The notes under the pieces were generated by a model. It searched no databases and was not told where the DNA came from. It saw only the letters and a list, made by a program, of their open reading frames with translations. From assembly GCA_963826115.1 (NCBI GenBank), contig CAWGVS010000006.1, forward strand, positions 32,001 to 96,000: a stretch of 64,000 nt of DNA, in the 5' to 3' direction. The position numbers and the translations under genes were made by a program. The stretch comes from an uncultured Candidatus Rokubacteria bacterium (lineage in GTDB: Bacteria > Methylomirabilota > Methylomirabilia > Rokubacteriales > DASRDR01). This document shows positions 36,974-47,181 of this stretch, in pieces (positions within the stretch are counted from its first letter, which is position 1; the number at the start of each line of letters is the position of its first letter).

Positions 36974-38953
36974 GTGAGCACCTTCAACCAGGCGGTCAGC
37001 GTCCCTCTGCAGGCGGTCGCGCGGTGGAGCCGGGCCCGGAAGATCGTCCTGCTGCTCGCGCTGGCGACCCTGCCGCTCTTCCTCGGGCACGTCATGGCCG
37101 CCATCGGCACCGTCCTGCCGCTGTCCTTCTTCCGGGCCGGAGATCGCTACCTGTTCCGCGTCCTCGACCAGGCCGGCATCTACGTGCTGCTCACCCTGGG
37201 CCTCAACATCGTGGTGGGTTACGCGGGGCTGCTCGACCTGGGATACGTCGCCTTCTACGCCATCGGCGCGTACTCGTATGCGCTCGTGGCCTCGCCGCAG
37301 CTCGGGCTCCACGTGCCGTTCTGGTTGATCTTGCCGGTGGCGCCCTTGCTCGCGGCCCTGTTCGGGGTCCTCCTCGGCGCGCCGACCTTGAGGCTGCGCG
37401 GGGACTACCTCGCGATCGTGACGCTCGGGTTCGGCGAGGTGATTCGCATTCTCCTCAACAACCTCGACCCCATCACGAACGGGCCCCGCGGGCTCATCAA
37501 CATCGACCCGGCGACGCTGGACGTGACCCACCTCGACCCCCGCTCCGTCGCCACGGCGAAGCTCCTGCTGTACCCGCCGTTACCCGACATGCTGCACTGG
37601 CTGCCGCTGACCCTGACGTCGCCGATCCAGTACTACTACCTGATCCTGATCCTGTGCGCGGGCGCCGTCTTCTTCTCGTACCGGCTGGAGGGTTCGCGGA
37701 TCGGGCGCGCGTGGGCGGCCATCCGCGAGGACGAGGACGCCGCCCAGACCATGGGCATCAACAAGACGACGACGAAGCTTCTGGCGTTCGCGATGGGCGC
37801 GAGCACCGCCGGGTTCTCCGGCGTGATCTTCTCGGGCCTCCAGGGGTTCGTGAGCCCGGAGAGCTTCATCCTGCTCGAGTCGATCACGATCCTGTCGATG
37901 GTGGTGCTGGGCGGCATGGGCAGCATTCCGGGCGTCGTGCTGGGCGCGATCATCCTCGTCGTGGTCCCGGAAGTGCTCCGGGAGTACGCGCAGTACCGGT
38001 TCACGATCTTCGGCCTCGGTCTGACCCTCATGATGCTCGTCCGGCCGGAGGGCCTGTGGCCGGTCCGGGTGCGCCCGTCGACCGCGCCGGACGTCGCGGA
38101 GCCCGAGCCGGCCGCGGCGGCGAGTCGGGAGGCGCCGCCGCGGGTGGAGATCCTGTCCGGCGCGATCTCCGAGACGGGGATGGCCGCGCGCGAGGGGTTC
38201 CTGGCCGTGGACGGCGTGAGCAAGAGCTTCGGCGGGCTGCGAGCGGTGAACAACGTGTCGTTCTCCGTCACACGGGGGCAGCTGGTCGCGGTCATCGGCC
38301 CGAACGGGGCCGGGAAGACGACGCTGTTCAACCTGATCACCGGGGTGTTCCCGGTCACGTCGGGCGTCATCCGCTTCGCCGGACAGCCCATCCAGGGGCT
38401 GCCCCCGCACGAGGTCACCGCCCTCGGCGTCGCCCGCACCTACCAGAACATCCGCCTGTTCCGGGGCATGTCGGTCCTCGACAACGTGATGGTCGGAACG
38501 CACTGTCGCACCGGCGCCGGCGTGCTCGACGCCATGGTTCACTCGAAGCGGGCCGGTCGGGAGGAGCGCGAGAGCCGGGCACGAGCCCGGGCGCTGCTCG
38601 ACTTCTTCGGGATCCGGAAGTACGAGGACCAGCTCGCGATGAACCTGCCCTACGGGGATCAGCGGCGGCTCGAGATCGCCCGGGCGCTCGCCACCAGGCC
38701 GGCGCTCCTGCTCCTCGACGAGCCGGCGGCGGGCATGAACCCCGCCGAGACGCTGGAGCTGATCGCGCTGATCCGCCGCATCCGCGAGCTGGGGATCACC
38801 GTCGTGCTCGTCGAGCACGACATGAAGGTGGTCATGCAGGTCTCGGAGAACATCGTCGTCCTCGACCATGGCGAGAGGATCGCCGAAGGCCCGCCGGCCC
38901 AGATCCAGCGCGATGCGCGGGTGATCGAGGCCTACCTCGGGAAGGCGAGTTGA
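36974..38953 (+). CDS. livM: Fused ABC permease/ATPase LivM-LivG
   Basis: GLNIVVGYAGLLDLG and LRLRGDYLAIVTLGFGE, then GPNGAGKTT, LPYGDQRRLE and LLLDEP in the same frame. Confidence 0.93.
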   Translation: MSTFNQAVSVPLQAVARWSRARKIVLLLALATLPLFLGHVMAAIGTVLPLSFFRAGDRYLFRVLDQAGIYVLLTLGLNIVVGYAGLLDLGYVAFYAIGAYSYALVASPQLGLHVPFWLILPVAPLLAALFGVLLGAPTLRLRGDYLAIVTLGFGEVIRILLNNLDPITNGPRGLINIDPATLDVTHLDPRSVATAKLLLYPPLPDMLHWLPLTLTSPIQYYYLILILCAGAVFFSYRLEGSRIGRAWAAIREDEDAAQTMGINKTTTKLLAFAMGASTAGFSGVIFSGLQGFVSPESFILLESITILSMVVLGGMGSIPGVVLGAIILVVVPEVLREYAQYRFTIFGLGLTLMMLVRPEGLWPVRVRPSTAPDVAEPEPAAAASREAPPRVEILSGAISETGMAAREGFLAVDGVSKSFGGLRAVNNVSFSVTRGQLVAVIGPNGAGKTTLFNLITGVFPVTSGVIRFAGQPIQGLPPHEVTALGVARTYQNIRLFRGMSVLDNVMVGTHCRTGAGVLDAMVHSKRAGREERESRARARALLDFFGIRKYEDQLAMNLPYGDQRRLEIARALATRPALLLLDEPAAGMNPAETLELIALIRRIRELGITVVLVEHDMKVVMQVSENIVVLDHGERIAEGPPAQIQRDARVIEAYLGKAS

Positions 38954-39702
38954 CGCCGCCGTCGACGGGCGGGAGCGCAGGGGGCGGCGGCCCCATCCTG
39001 GAGGCCCAGGACCTCGTCGCGGGCTACGGCCAGATCCGCGCGCTGAAGGGCATCTCGTTCCGGGTGGGCGAGGGCCAGGTCGTCGCTCTCATCGGGGCGA
39101 ACGGGGCGGGGAAGTCGACGACGCTCCGGGTGCTCTCCGGGCTCATCCGGGCCCAGGCGGGTCAGGTGCGTCTCAGAGGCGAGGATCTCGGCCGGGCCAC
39201 GCCGGCGGAGATCGTTCGGCGCGGGGTTGTCCACTGCCCGGAGGGGCGCCGCATCTTCACGCGGCTGTCCGTACTGGAGAACCTGCGCCTCGGGCACTAC
39301 ACGCGGCGCAAGACCGCCGACGAGGCCGCGGCGCTCGAGCGGGTGTTCACCCTCTTTCCGATCCTGCGAGAGCGGCAGAGCCAGTTCGGCGGGACGCTGT
39401 CGGGTGGTGAGCAGCAGATGCTGGCCATCGGGCGGGCCCTCATGACGGAGCCGAAGGTCCTGCTTCTCGATGAGCCCTCGCTCGGGCTGGCGCCGCTCCT
39501 GGTCCAGCAGATCTTCCGGACGATCCAGGAGATCAATCGCCAGGGGACCGTGGTGCTGCTGGTGGAGCAGAACGCGAACCTCGCCCTCCGGATGGCGGAT
39601 CGGGCCTACGTGCTAGAGGCCGGCCGGATCGTGCTCGAGGGCAGCGGCGCGGAGCTCCTCGCCAACGACGCCGTGCGGAGAGCCTATCTCGGCGAGGACT
39701 AG
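38950..39702 (+). CDS. livF: Branched-chain amino acid ABC ATPase
   Basis: TTGA overlap. GANGAGKST, LSGGEQQM, LLDEPSLGLAP and VEQN motifs. Confidence 0.93.
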   Translation: MTPPSTGGSAGGGGPILEAQDLVAGYGQIRALKGISFRVGEGQVVALIGANGAGKSTTLRVLSGLIRAQAGQVRLRGEDLGRATPAEIVRRGVVHCPEGRRIFTRLSVLENLRLGHYTRRKTADEAAALERVFTLFPILRERQSQFGGTLSGGEQQMLAIGRALMTEPKVLLLDEPSLGLAPLLVQQIFRTIQEINRQGTVVLLVEQNANLALRMADRAYVLEAGRIVLEGSGAELLANDAVRRAYLGED

Positions 39703-39833
39703 CGGCCGCCGCCCGATGCGAGTCCCGGAACGCCGTCGGCCCGCCGGAATGCTCGCGCAGGAGCACCCGGCGGGCCGAGTCGTGTCACTCGAGGGACGCG
39801 GTCAGCCGCGCGGGCGGCCGGCCGGGCGCCCGA

Positions 39834-41018
39834 TCACTCCTTCCACTGCTCGACGAGCTTGATTTCGCCCTTCTCCACCGTATAGATGTAGAGCGGGCCG
39901 TTGATGACGTCGCCGTTGTCGTCGAACTTGTACTCGGGGATCAACAGGCCCGGCACCGCCGACTTGTGCATGACGTCGATGATCTTGTTCTTGTCGGTGC
40001 TGCCGGCCTTCACGATCGCGTTGGCGACGATGTTGGCGAAGTCGTAGCCGTAGCTGTCGTAGTTGGCCGGGTCCTTGCCGTACTTCTTCTTGAACTTCTC
40101 GGAGAACTCCTTCACCTTCGGCGGGGCCTGTGGCCCGGTGTGAGGCGGCGCCTGGAAGGTGAAGTACACGGCCTCCGCATCCGACTTCTTGTCGACCGCG
40201 GCCCCAGCAGTCTTCACCATGCCGGCGTCGAAGTATCCGTCGCAGCCGACGATCGGCTTCTTGTATCCGAGCTGACGAGCCTGCTTGATCATCAGACCGA
40301 TGGAGGTGGGGAAGTTCGAGCAGTAGACGAGGGCGTCCGGATTCTCGGTCTTGACGATCTTGGTCAGCACCGCGGTGTAGTCGACGTCGTTGCGCTCGAC
40401 GCCGCCGGACGATGTAATCATGCCGCCGGCCTTCTCGATGGTGGCCTTGGCGACATCGGTTACGCCCTGGCCGAAGGCCTGCTTGTCGTTGAGGAGCGCG
40501 AACTTCTTCGCCTTGAACTTCCGCATGGCATACGCCACGCCGGCCTTGCCCTGGATGTTGTCGTTGGCGATCGGCCGGAACAGGTTCTTGAAGCCCTGCT
40601 GGGTGATCGTCGGGTTGGAGGACAGCGTCACCATCGGCAGGTTGACCTTGTTGATGATCGGCGCGCCGGCGATCGTCGTGCCCGAGCACACGTGCCCGAT
40701 GAACACGACGTTCTTGGCGTCGTCGGCGATCTTCGTGGCGACGGTGCCCGCCTGCTTCGGATCGCAGGCATCGTCCTCCGTGACGACCACGAACTTCCGG
40801 CCGCCGAGGACCCCGCCCTTGGCGTTCCACTCCTCGAAGGCGAGCTGGATGCCCTTGAGGTATCCTTGCCCGAACTGGGCGGCATCGCCCGTCAGGGGGC
40901 CCGCCCACGCGATCTGGATCGGGGCGGGCGCCTGCGCCGGAGCGGTCAGCGCCACGCCCAGCACGACGACGAGAGCCGCGAGACACCAGAAGACTCGCGA
41001 AGTGAGACACGCGCGCAT
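39834..41018 (-). CDS. livK: Branched-chain amino acid ABC substrate-binding protein
   Basis: Signal peptide; GPLTG, EDDACDPKQA and GHVCSG motifs. Confidence 0.92.
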   Translation of the reverse strand: MRACLTSRVFWCLAALVVVLGVALTAPAQAPAPIQIAWAGPLTGDAAQFGQGYLKGIQLAFEEWNAKGGVLGGRKFVVVTEDDACDPKQAGTVATKIADDAKNVVFIGHVCSGTTIAGAPIINKVNLPMVTLSSNPTITQQGFKNLFRPIANDNIQGKAGVAYAMRKFKAKKFALLNDKQAFGQGVTDVAKATIEKAGGMITSSGGVERNDVDYTAVLTKIVKTENPDALVYCSNFPTSIGLMIKQARQLGYKKPIVGCDGYFDAGMVKTAGAAVDKKSDAEAVYFTFQAPPHTGPQAPPKVKEFSEKFKKKYGKDPANYDSYGYDFANIVANAIVKAGSTDKNKIIDVMHKSAVPGLLIPEYKFDDNGDVINGPLYIYTVEKGEIKLVEQWKE

Positions 41019-41151
41019 GATCAGATCCCCCTTGGTTATGGGTGCGATGCGCGAAGCCCTACGCCGTGGTAGGCGCGTCCCAGGAGCTTGGCCTGGGTGG
41101 CTGGTGAGCGGATAGGCCTCCCTGACATGCCGCATGGGCCAGGTTGGCGGA

Positions 41152-41181
41152 ATTCTACGGCGGGCTTCCCGGCAGGGTCAA
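41152..41181 (-). promoter_or_regulatory. Putative sigma70 promoter of livK
   Basis: Minus strand TTGACC-N18-TAGAAT. Confidence 0.5.
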
Positions 41182-41236
41182 GCCGGGGGGCCGCCGGAGG
41201 CGTGACGGTCTTCACATGGACGATCGGAGGAGATCC

Positions 41237-42592
41237 GTGACCGAGGGACGCTACGAGGCCGTGGTCGTGGGCGGGGGCATCGCCGGGCTCACCGCGGGCT
41301 GGACCTTGCGGGACCGGAAGGTCCTCGTGCTCGAGGCGACTGGCCGGGTCGGCGGGCGGATGCGCTCGGAGCCCCGGGGCCCCTACTGGCTCAACCTGGG
41401 CGCCCACCTGTTCGGCGGTCCAGGCACGCTCATGGACCGACTCGTGACGGACACGGGCCTCGAGACGCGGCTCATCCCGGGGAACCGGATGGGGCTCGCG
41501 CTCCGGGGGCGAATCGTCGCCAGCGGCCGCCCGGAGACCTATCCGTTCCGCCTGCCGCTGTCCTGGGCCGCGCGGCTCTCCTTCATCCGCGCCGGCCTGC
41601 GCCTCCGGGCGGCGGCCCAGGAGCACGTGCGCGCCGCCCGGCTCCGCCCCGGGGAGACGCCCTCGGCCCGGCGGGCCCGCGTGCTCGCGCACCGGGACGA
41701 CCAGACCTTCGCCGACTACCTGGGTGAGATCCATCCGGACGTGGCGGCGATCTTCCGGGCGATCGCCGAGCGGGTGACCGGCGAGCCCGAGCAGATCTCG
41801 GCCGGCTGCGGCGCCGCGCTCTTCGCGATCGTATGGGGCGACGACAAGAGCGGCTCGGCCCGCAACCTGATCGGCGGGTCGGAGCTCCTGCCGCAGGCGC
41901 TCGCGCACCGGCTGGGCGACCGGGTCCGGACGGGCGCGACGGTCGAGGAGGTCTCCCTCCACGCCGACGGCGTGCGCGTCCGCTTCGTCCGGGACGGCGT
42001 CCCGGCCGAGATCTCGGCCGACTACGCGGTGGTGGCCACGCCCGCCTACGTCACCCGGCAAATCGTGCGGAACCTGCCGCCCGACACCGCGGAGGCCCTC
42101 GCCGCGATCCGGTACGGCCCGTTCATCTGCGGCGCCTTCCTGACCGAGGAAAGCGGGCCCATGCCGTGGGACCACATCTACGCGGTCGCCGTCGTGGACA
42201 AGTCGTTCAACATGCTCTTCAACCACGCGAACCCGCTCCGCGCCGAGGGCAAGCGCGAGCCGGGCGGCAGCCTCATGGTCTACGCGGGGGGCGATCGTGG
42301 GAGGCGGCTCCTCGCGCTCTCGAACGACGAGATCCGGGCGCTCTTCCTGAAGGACCTCCACGACGTCCTGCCGGAGACGCGGGGCATCATCCGGGAGGTC
42401 CTCATCCAGCGCTGGGAGCACGCGATCCCGTACGCGCCGCCGGGCCGCGCGCGGATCCAGGCCGCGCTCACCCGTCCGCTGGGCCGGATCTTCTTTGCCG
42501 GGGACTACCTCGAGTTTCCGGAGATGGAGGCGGCGGCGGCCACGGGGCTCGAGGCGGCCACCGAGGTGCGGCGGCGCCTCGGCGCGGTCTGA
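41237..42592 (+). CDS. Flavin amine oxidase / protoporphyrinogen oxidase-like protein
   Basis: VGGGIAG, LEA..RVGGR, NLGAH, RWEHAIP and FAGDY motifs. GGAGG RBS. Confidence 0.9.
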   Translation: MTEGRYEAVVVGGGIAGLTAGWTLRDRKVLVLEATGRVGGRMRSEPRGPYWLNLGAHLFGGPGTLMDRLVTDTGLETRLIPGNRMGLALRGRIVASGRPETYPFRLPLSWAARLSFIRAGLRLRAAAQEHVRAARLRPGETPSARRARVLAHRDDQTFADYLGEIHPDVAAIFRAIAERVTGEPEQISAGCGAALFAIVWGDDKSGSARNLIGGSELLPQALAHRLGDRVRTGATVEEVSLHADGVRVRFVRDGVPAEISADYAVVATPAYVTRQIVRNLPPDTAEALAAIRYGPFICGAFLTEESGPMPWDHIYAVAVVDKSFNMLFNHANPLRAEGKREPGGSLMVYAGGDRGRRLLALSNDEIRALFLKDLHDVLPETRGIIREVLIQRWEHAIPYAPPGRARIQAALTRPLGRIFFAGDYLEFPEMEAAAATGLEAATEVRRRLGAV

Positions 42593-42608
42593 CGCGCGCG
42601 GGGATCGC

Positions 42609-43019
42609 TCACGGCCGCGGCGCCGCCGGGCACGGGCCGCCGCCCTCCAGGTAGTCGAGGAGATCACGCCGGTCCTCGACCGCGGCCAGCGCCGCGATCC
42701 ACATGGCCGAGCCGGGGACGACCCCCTGCGGGTCGACGACGAACGCGTCGAGGGTGGCGCGCGTCCAGACGAGGCCGCGCTGGCCTGCCTCGATCATCGC
42801 CGGGGAGAAGACAAAGCCCGGCAGCGCGCCGGCCTGACGGCCGAGGACGCAGCGGAGGCTCGGACCCGGCAGACCCTCCTCGCCCGCCACCACGGAGTGG
42901 CACGCGTAGCAGCGCTGGAACACGCGCTCGCCGCGCGCGGGATCGGCCGCGGCCCGCGACGCTGGGGACAGGAGCAACGCGACGAGGAGGACGAACCCGC
43001 TCGCCGCGGCCGCGATCAC
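42609..43019 (-). CDS. Class I c-type cytochrome (c2-like)
   Basis: Signal peptide, CYACH, GPSL..V.GR.AG and VPGSAM motifs. Confidence 0.88.
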   Translation of the reverse strand: MIAAAASGFVLLVALLLSPASRAAADPARGERVFQRCYACHSVVAGEEGLPGPSLRCVLGRQAGALPGFVFSPAMIEAGQRGLVWTRATLDAFVVDPQGVVPGSAMWIAALAAVEDRRDLLDYLEGGGPCPAAPRP

Positions 43020-43984
43020 TTCCGGCGGAAGACGACCAATCGATCGGCGCCGGACTCCGCGACCCAGACCTCACCGGCTCGGCCGTACATCTGCCGGACG
43101 TTGGCCCCGCGCCGGTCGCTCGGGAACGCCGTGAAGCGCTCCGTCTCCGGGTCGAACATCACGACCGCGTTCGCGCTCCATTCGCTGAGCCACACCTTGT
43201 CCTGGTCGTCGACGTAGACCGAGTAGGTCTGGGGCCGGTCGCCCGGCAGCTTCCACGTTTTCCAGGTCCCGGTCCGGGGGTCGTAGCGGCTCACGTTCCC
43301 GGAGTTCCACTCGCTGACCCAGATCTGGCCCCGGGAGTCCGACCAGACGCGCCGCGCGCCCTGACTCTTGGTCGGCGGCTCGATGACCGTCGCCGCGCCG
43401 GTCTCGACGTCGACGCGCGCGATGTGGCTCCCGGCGAGCGAGGCGTAGTAGACGGCGCCGTCCGGCGTCGTCGTGATGCCGTAGGGCCCCCGGCCGCGCG
43501 GGGCGTCCCAGACCTGCATCGCGCCGCTCTTGGGGTCGAGCCGCCCGTAGATCCCGTTCTGGCCCGTGAACCAGATGCGGCCCTGCTTGTCGAACGTCGC
43601 CGTGTTGAGGTTGACGTAGCCGCGGCCCTCGGGCAGGGGCCACCGCGTCACCTCGCGCGTCTTGGGGTCGACGCGGACGATCGCGTTCGTCCCGCCTTCG
43701 GTGACCCACGGGGCGCCGTCGGGTCCGATGATCACGCCGTGAGGCGCCGCTCCGGCGCCGAGCGGGACGAGGTCGATCTTGCCGGAGGCGGGATCCAGGC
43801 GGCCCAGCGCGCCGTTCCGCTGGGCGGTGTACCAGACGATGCCGTCCGCGCCGACGGCGACGTCGTGCGGATACCCGCCGCCCTGCGGCAAGGCATAGGT
43901 CTGGCTCGCGATCTCGGCGTAGGCGGGCGGGAGGAACAGAACCACGGCGAGCAACGCGAAGAGCACCGGGCGCGCGAGACGCAT
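43016..43984 (-). CDS. Secreted Vgb-like beta-propeller (lyase family)
   Basis: Signal peptide; repeated PHDV/PHGV/PYGI...DG.VW blades. AAGGAGG RBS. Confidence 0.88.
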   Translation of the reverse strand: MRLARPVLFALLAVVLFLPPAYAEIASQTYALPQGGGYPHDVAVGADGIVWYTAQRNGALGRLDPASGKIDLVPLGAGAAPHGVIIGPDGAPWVTEGGTNAIVRVDPKTREVTRWPLPEGRGYVNLNTATFDKQGRIWFTGQNGIYGRLDPKSGAMQVWDAPRGRGPYGITTTPDGAVYYASLAGSHIARVDVETGAATVIEPPTKSQGARRVWSDSRGQIWVSEWNSGNVSRYDPRTGTWKTWKLPGDRPQTYSVYVDDQDKVWLSEWSANAVVMFDPETERFTAFPSDRRGANVRQMYGRAGEVWVAESGADRLVVFRRK

Positions 43985-44034
43985 GCGGACCTCCTTCACC
44001 GAGCGGCGACCGTCTTCAGGTTCACTATGCGCCG

Positions 44035-44469
44035 CTAGTGGCGGAGGCTCAAGAGGAGCACGCCGGCGCCCACGAGGGCGATGCCCGCCCACTCGCGCCC
44101 CCCGGGGCGCTCGCCGAGGGCGGCCACGGCGAACAGGGCGACCAGGACGACGCTCAGCTTGTCCACCGGCGCGACCTGCGACGCCGGGCCGATTTTCAGC
44201 GCGCGGAAGTAGCAGAGCCAGGACGCGCCGGTGGCCAGGGCGGAGAGCACCAGAAAGACGACCGACTTCGACGGCAGGACCCACGGACTCTGCCACTTGC
44301 CCGTGGCGTAGATGAGCGCGCCGAGCGTCAGCACGATGACGACGGTGCGGAGCAGCGTCGCGTAGTCGGAATCGATCCCCTCGAGCCCGATCTTGGCGAA
44401 GATCGCGGTCAGGGCGGCGAAGACGGCGGAGAGGAGGGCCCAGGGCAACCAGGTCGCGAGCGTCGGCAT
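44035..44469 (-). CDS. EamA family small transporter
   Basis: ALLSAVFAALTAIFAKIG and SWLCYFRALK.GPASQVAPVDKLS motifs. Confidence 0.92.
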   Translation of the reverse strand: MPTLATWLPWALLSAVFAALTAIFAKIGLEGIDSDYATLLRTVVIVLTLGALIYATGKWQSPWVLPSKSVVFLVLSALATGASWLCYFRALKIGPASQVAPVDKLSVVLVALFAVAALGERPGGREWAGIALVGAGVLLLSLRH

Positions 44470-44498
44470 GGCATCCACCTCGATTCGTCGCTCGCCCG

Positions 44499-45494
44499 TC
44501 AGGTGTCGGCGTCCTGGGCGACGAGGTCCGCCGCCGGCAGCGGCTCGCCGGCGAGCACGCGCTGGACGTTCCGGAAGGCGTGGCGGGCGACGTTGGCGAC
44601 GTTGTCGAAGACCGAGCCGGCGACGTGGGGGGCCAGCACGAGGCCCGGTGCCCGGCTGCGCAGGAGTGGATGGTCGGGCGGCGGCGGCTCCCCGCCGAAG
44701 ACGTCGATCCCCGCGCCGCCGAGCGCCCCCGACTCGAGCGCCTCGGCCAGCGCGACCTCGTCCACGACCTCGCCGCGCGCGGTGTTGATCACGATGGCGC
44801 CGGGCCGGAGCCGCGCGATGCGCTCCCGCGACAGCATCCCCCGCGTCGCGCGGGTGTAGGGCACGTGGAAGCTCACGATGTCGGCCTCCGCGAGGAGCGG
44901 GTCCAGCTCCTGGAACGCCACGTGGAGCGCCTGCTCCTCCGTCACCGTCGGCCGCCGGATGTCGAAGTAGCGGACCTCGACGTCGAACCCCACGAGCCGC
45001 TTGGCGACCTGGCGGCCGATGGCGCCCAGCCCGATCAAGCCGACGCGCCGCCCGCGCAGCGAGCGAGCGTCGAGGCGTGTGTCGTCGCGCGCCCGGTGCC
45101 AGTCGCCGCCGCGAAACTGCGTCTGCCGCTGGGGCAGCCGCCGCAGCACGGCCAGCATCAGGAGCAGCGTGAACTCGGCCACGGGCACCGCGTTGGCGCC
45201 CGCCGTGATGGCCACCGGGACGCCACGGGCCCGCGCGGCCGCCAGGTCGATCTTGTCCACGCCGATGCCCCACTTCTGGATGAGCCGGAGCCCCGGCGCG
45301 GCGTCCATCAGGCTCGCGGGCAGGGGCGTGATGCCGCCGACGAAGAAGGTAGCGTCGCGCGCCAGGGCGAGCCGGTCGGCGGGATCGGAGGACGTGGCCA
45401 GGCGGAGCTCCAGCGACGGCGGGCACTCGGCCGCGATGACCGCGCGCACCTCGGGGGCGTGGACGTCGAGAAAGACGACGACCGGCCGTGACAT
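44499..45494 (-). CDS. D-isomer-specific 2-hydroxyacid dehydrogenase
   Basis: GIGVDKID, NA.PVAE, GLGAIG, INTARG, DVF..EP and PHVAG motifs. Confidence 0.92.
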   Translation of the reverse strand: MSRPVVVFLDVHAPEVRAVIAAECPPSLELRLATSSDPADRLALARDATFFVGGITPLPASLMDAAPGLRLIQKWGIGVDKIDLAAARARGVPVAITAGANAVPVAEFTLLLMLAVLRRLPQRQTQFRGGDWHRARDDTRLDARSLRGRRVGLIGLGAIGRQVAKRLVGFDVEVRYFDIRRPTVTEEQALHVAFQELDPLLAEADIVSFHVPYTRATRGMLSRERIARLRPGAIVINTARGEVVDEVALAEALESGALGGAGIDVFGGEPPPPDHPLLRSRAPGLVLAPHVAGSVFDNVANVARHAFRNVQRVLAGEPLPAADLVAQDADT

Positions 45495-45498
45495 GGGG

Positions 45499-47181
45499 CT
45501 AGCCGTCCCGCCGGCGCGCCGCGGTCGCCGGCACGGGGAACTCGTCGGGGTCGATCGGGATCTCGACCACCGCGGGCTGATCGGCATCGAGCGCCGCGCG
45601 GACCGTGTCGGCGATCGCCTCCGGCCGGTCGACGTAGTAGCCGCGCGCGCCGAACAGCTCCGCGTAGCGATCGAACCGGGGGTTGGCGAGATCGGTGCCG
45701 ACATATCGGCCGCCGTAGAAGTGCCGCTGGTAGGCCTTCTCCGAGCCCCAGCAGTTGTTGTTCATCACCAGGGCGACGGCCGGGATGCGGTGCCGCACGG
45801 CGGTCTCGAGCTCCTGCGCGTTCATGAGGAAGCCGCCGTCCCCGTGGATGGCGAGCGCCGGGGCGTCGGGTCGCCCCAGCTTGGCCCCGAGCGCGGCCGG
45901 ATACGCGAAGCCGAGCCCGCCGAGGTCGAGCGGCGTGAGGAAGGTCCGCGGCCGCGTGAATCGAAGCCGGTCGTAGCCGTACGCCGGGGCGGCGCCCGCG
46001 TCGAGCGTGACGATGGTGTCGGGTGGGAGCGCCCGCCGGAGCTCGGCGTAGACTCGCTGGGGCTTCACGGGCCGGACGTCGAGGGCCGCCTCGGCGTCGA
46101 GTCGCGCCTCCCGCCGGGCCCGGAGCTCTCGCGCCTCGGCCTGCCAGGCGTCGGGGGCCGGCCGGGCCCGCGTCTCGCCGAGAAGCGCTAGGAGGGCGGC
46201 GAGCGTCTCGCGCGCGTCGGCCTGGATGCCGAGGGCGACCGGATACACGCGGCCGATGTCTCGCTCGTCCACGTCGACCTGCACGATCGCCGCGCCGGGC
46301 TGGATGTAACGCGCGTCGTAGAAGCTCGTGAACTGGCCCAGGCGCGAGCCCACGACCAGCAGGAGGTCGGCGCGCCGGCACGCCTGGGCCGCCTCCGGCG
46401 AGCCCGCGCGCCCGAGCGGCCCCACGTAGAGCGGGTGGTCGTTCGGGACGGCGTCGTTCCGGCCGTACGCCGTCACCGCCGGGACGCCGTAGGTCCGAGA
46501 GAGCCGCGCGAGGATCTCGCCGCCCATCGCCCACGTCACCCCGCCGCCGGCGACGAGGAGGGGTCGCTCGGCCTGCGCGAGAAGGCGCGCGGCCTCGCGG
46601 ACGGCCTCCGGGTGCGGCGGCACGGGGCGGGTCGGTCGATAGGCCTCCGGGGCGAGGGCGACCATCGACACGCTCTGGTCGTTCAGCACGTCCCGCGGGA
46701 TGTCGACGAACACGGGCCCCTTGCGCCCGGTCATGGCGGTACGAAATGCGAGGCGGAGCATGTCGGGAATCCGGCTCGCCTGCGTCACCTGGACGGACAG
46801 CTTCGTCACCGGACGGAACAGGCTGACGAGGTCGAGCTCCTGGAACGCGTCCCGGCCCTGCTGCCCGAGGGGGGAGCCCCCGGCGATCGCCACGACCGGC
46901 GAGTGCGCGACGTAGGCCCCTGCGATCCCGGTGAGGAGGTTCGTCGCGCCGGGACCGCTGGTCACGAGGCACGCGGCGAGCCCGCCCGTGACCCGCGCGA
47001 GCCCGTCGGCCATGAAGGCGCCGCCCTGCTCGTGGCGGACGTTCACGTACTCGACGCTCTTGTCGTCGTGGAGGACGTCGAGCACGTCGAGGAACGTCGA
47101 GCCGACGATCCCGAAGATGTGCCGCACGCCCTCGGCCTTCAAGAGCTCGATCACGGCCCGGCCGGCGCTCATCTCGGTCAC
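45499..47181 (-). CDS. ThDP-dependent enzyme, sulfoacetaldehyde acetyltransferase (Xsc)/acetolactate synthase-like
   Basis: FGIVGS, RHEQ, GPGATN and GDGG...NN motifs. NNCWGSEKAYQRHFY resembles the Xsc N..WGAEK..Q..FY segment. Confidence 0.88.
   Translation of the reverse strand: MTEMSAGRAVIELLKAEGVRHIFGIVGSTFLDVLDVLHDDKSVEYVNVRHEQGGAFMADGLARVTGGLAACLVTSGPGATNLLTGIAGAYVAHSPVVAIAGGSPLGQQGRDAFQELDLVSLFRPVTKLSVQVTQASRIPDMLRLAFRTAMTGRKGPVFVDIPRDVLNDQSVSMVALAPEAYRPTRPVPPHPEAVREAARLLAQAERPLLVAGGGVTWAMGGEILARLSRTYGVPAVTAYGRNDAVPNDHPLYVGPLGRAGSPEAAQACRRADLLLVVGSRLGQFTSFYDARYIQPGAAIVQVDVDERDIGRVYPVALGIQADARETLAALLALLGETRARPAPDAWQAEARELRARREARLDAEAALDVRPVKPQRVYAELRRALPPDTIVTLDAGAAPAYGYDRLRFTRPRTFLTPLDLGGLGFAYPAALGAKLGRPDAPALAIHGDGGFLMNAQELETAVRHRIPAVALVMNNNCWGSEKAYQRHFYGGRYVGTDLANPRFDRYAELFGARGYYVDRPEAIADTVRAALDADQPAVVEIPIDPDEFPVPATAARRRDG

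Noticed and set aside
37024-38949. 892-aa ORF as a giant LivF
   Set aside because: The upstream part is an off-frame shadow of livM-livG. LivF motifs start after the TTG at 38950.
43016-43984. Streptogramin B resistance gene
   Set aside because: It has a signal peptide and a cytochrome partner. Fold similarity alone does not support a resistance call.
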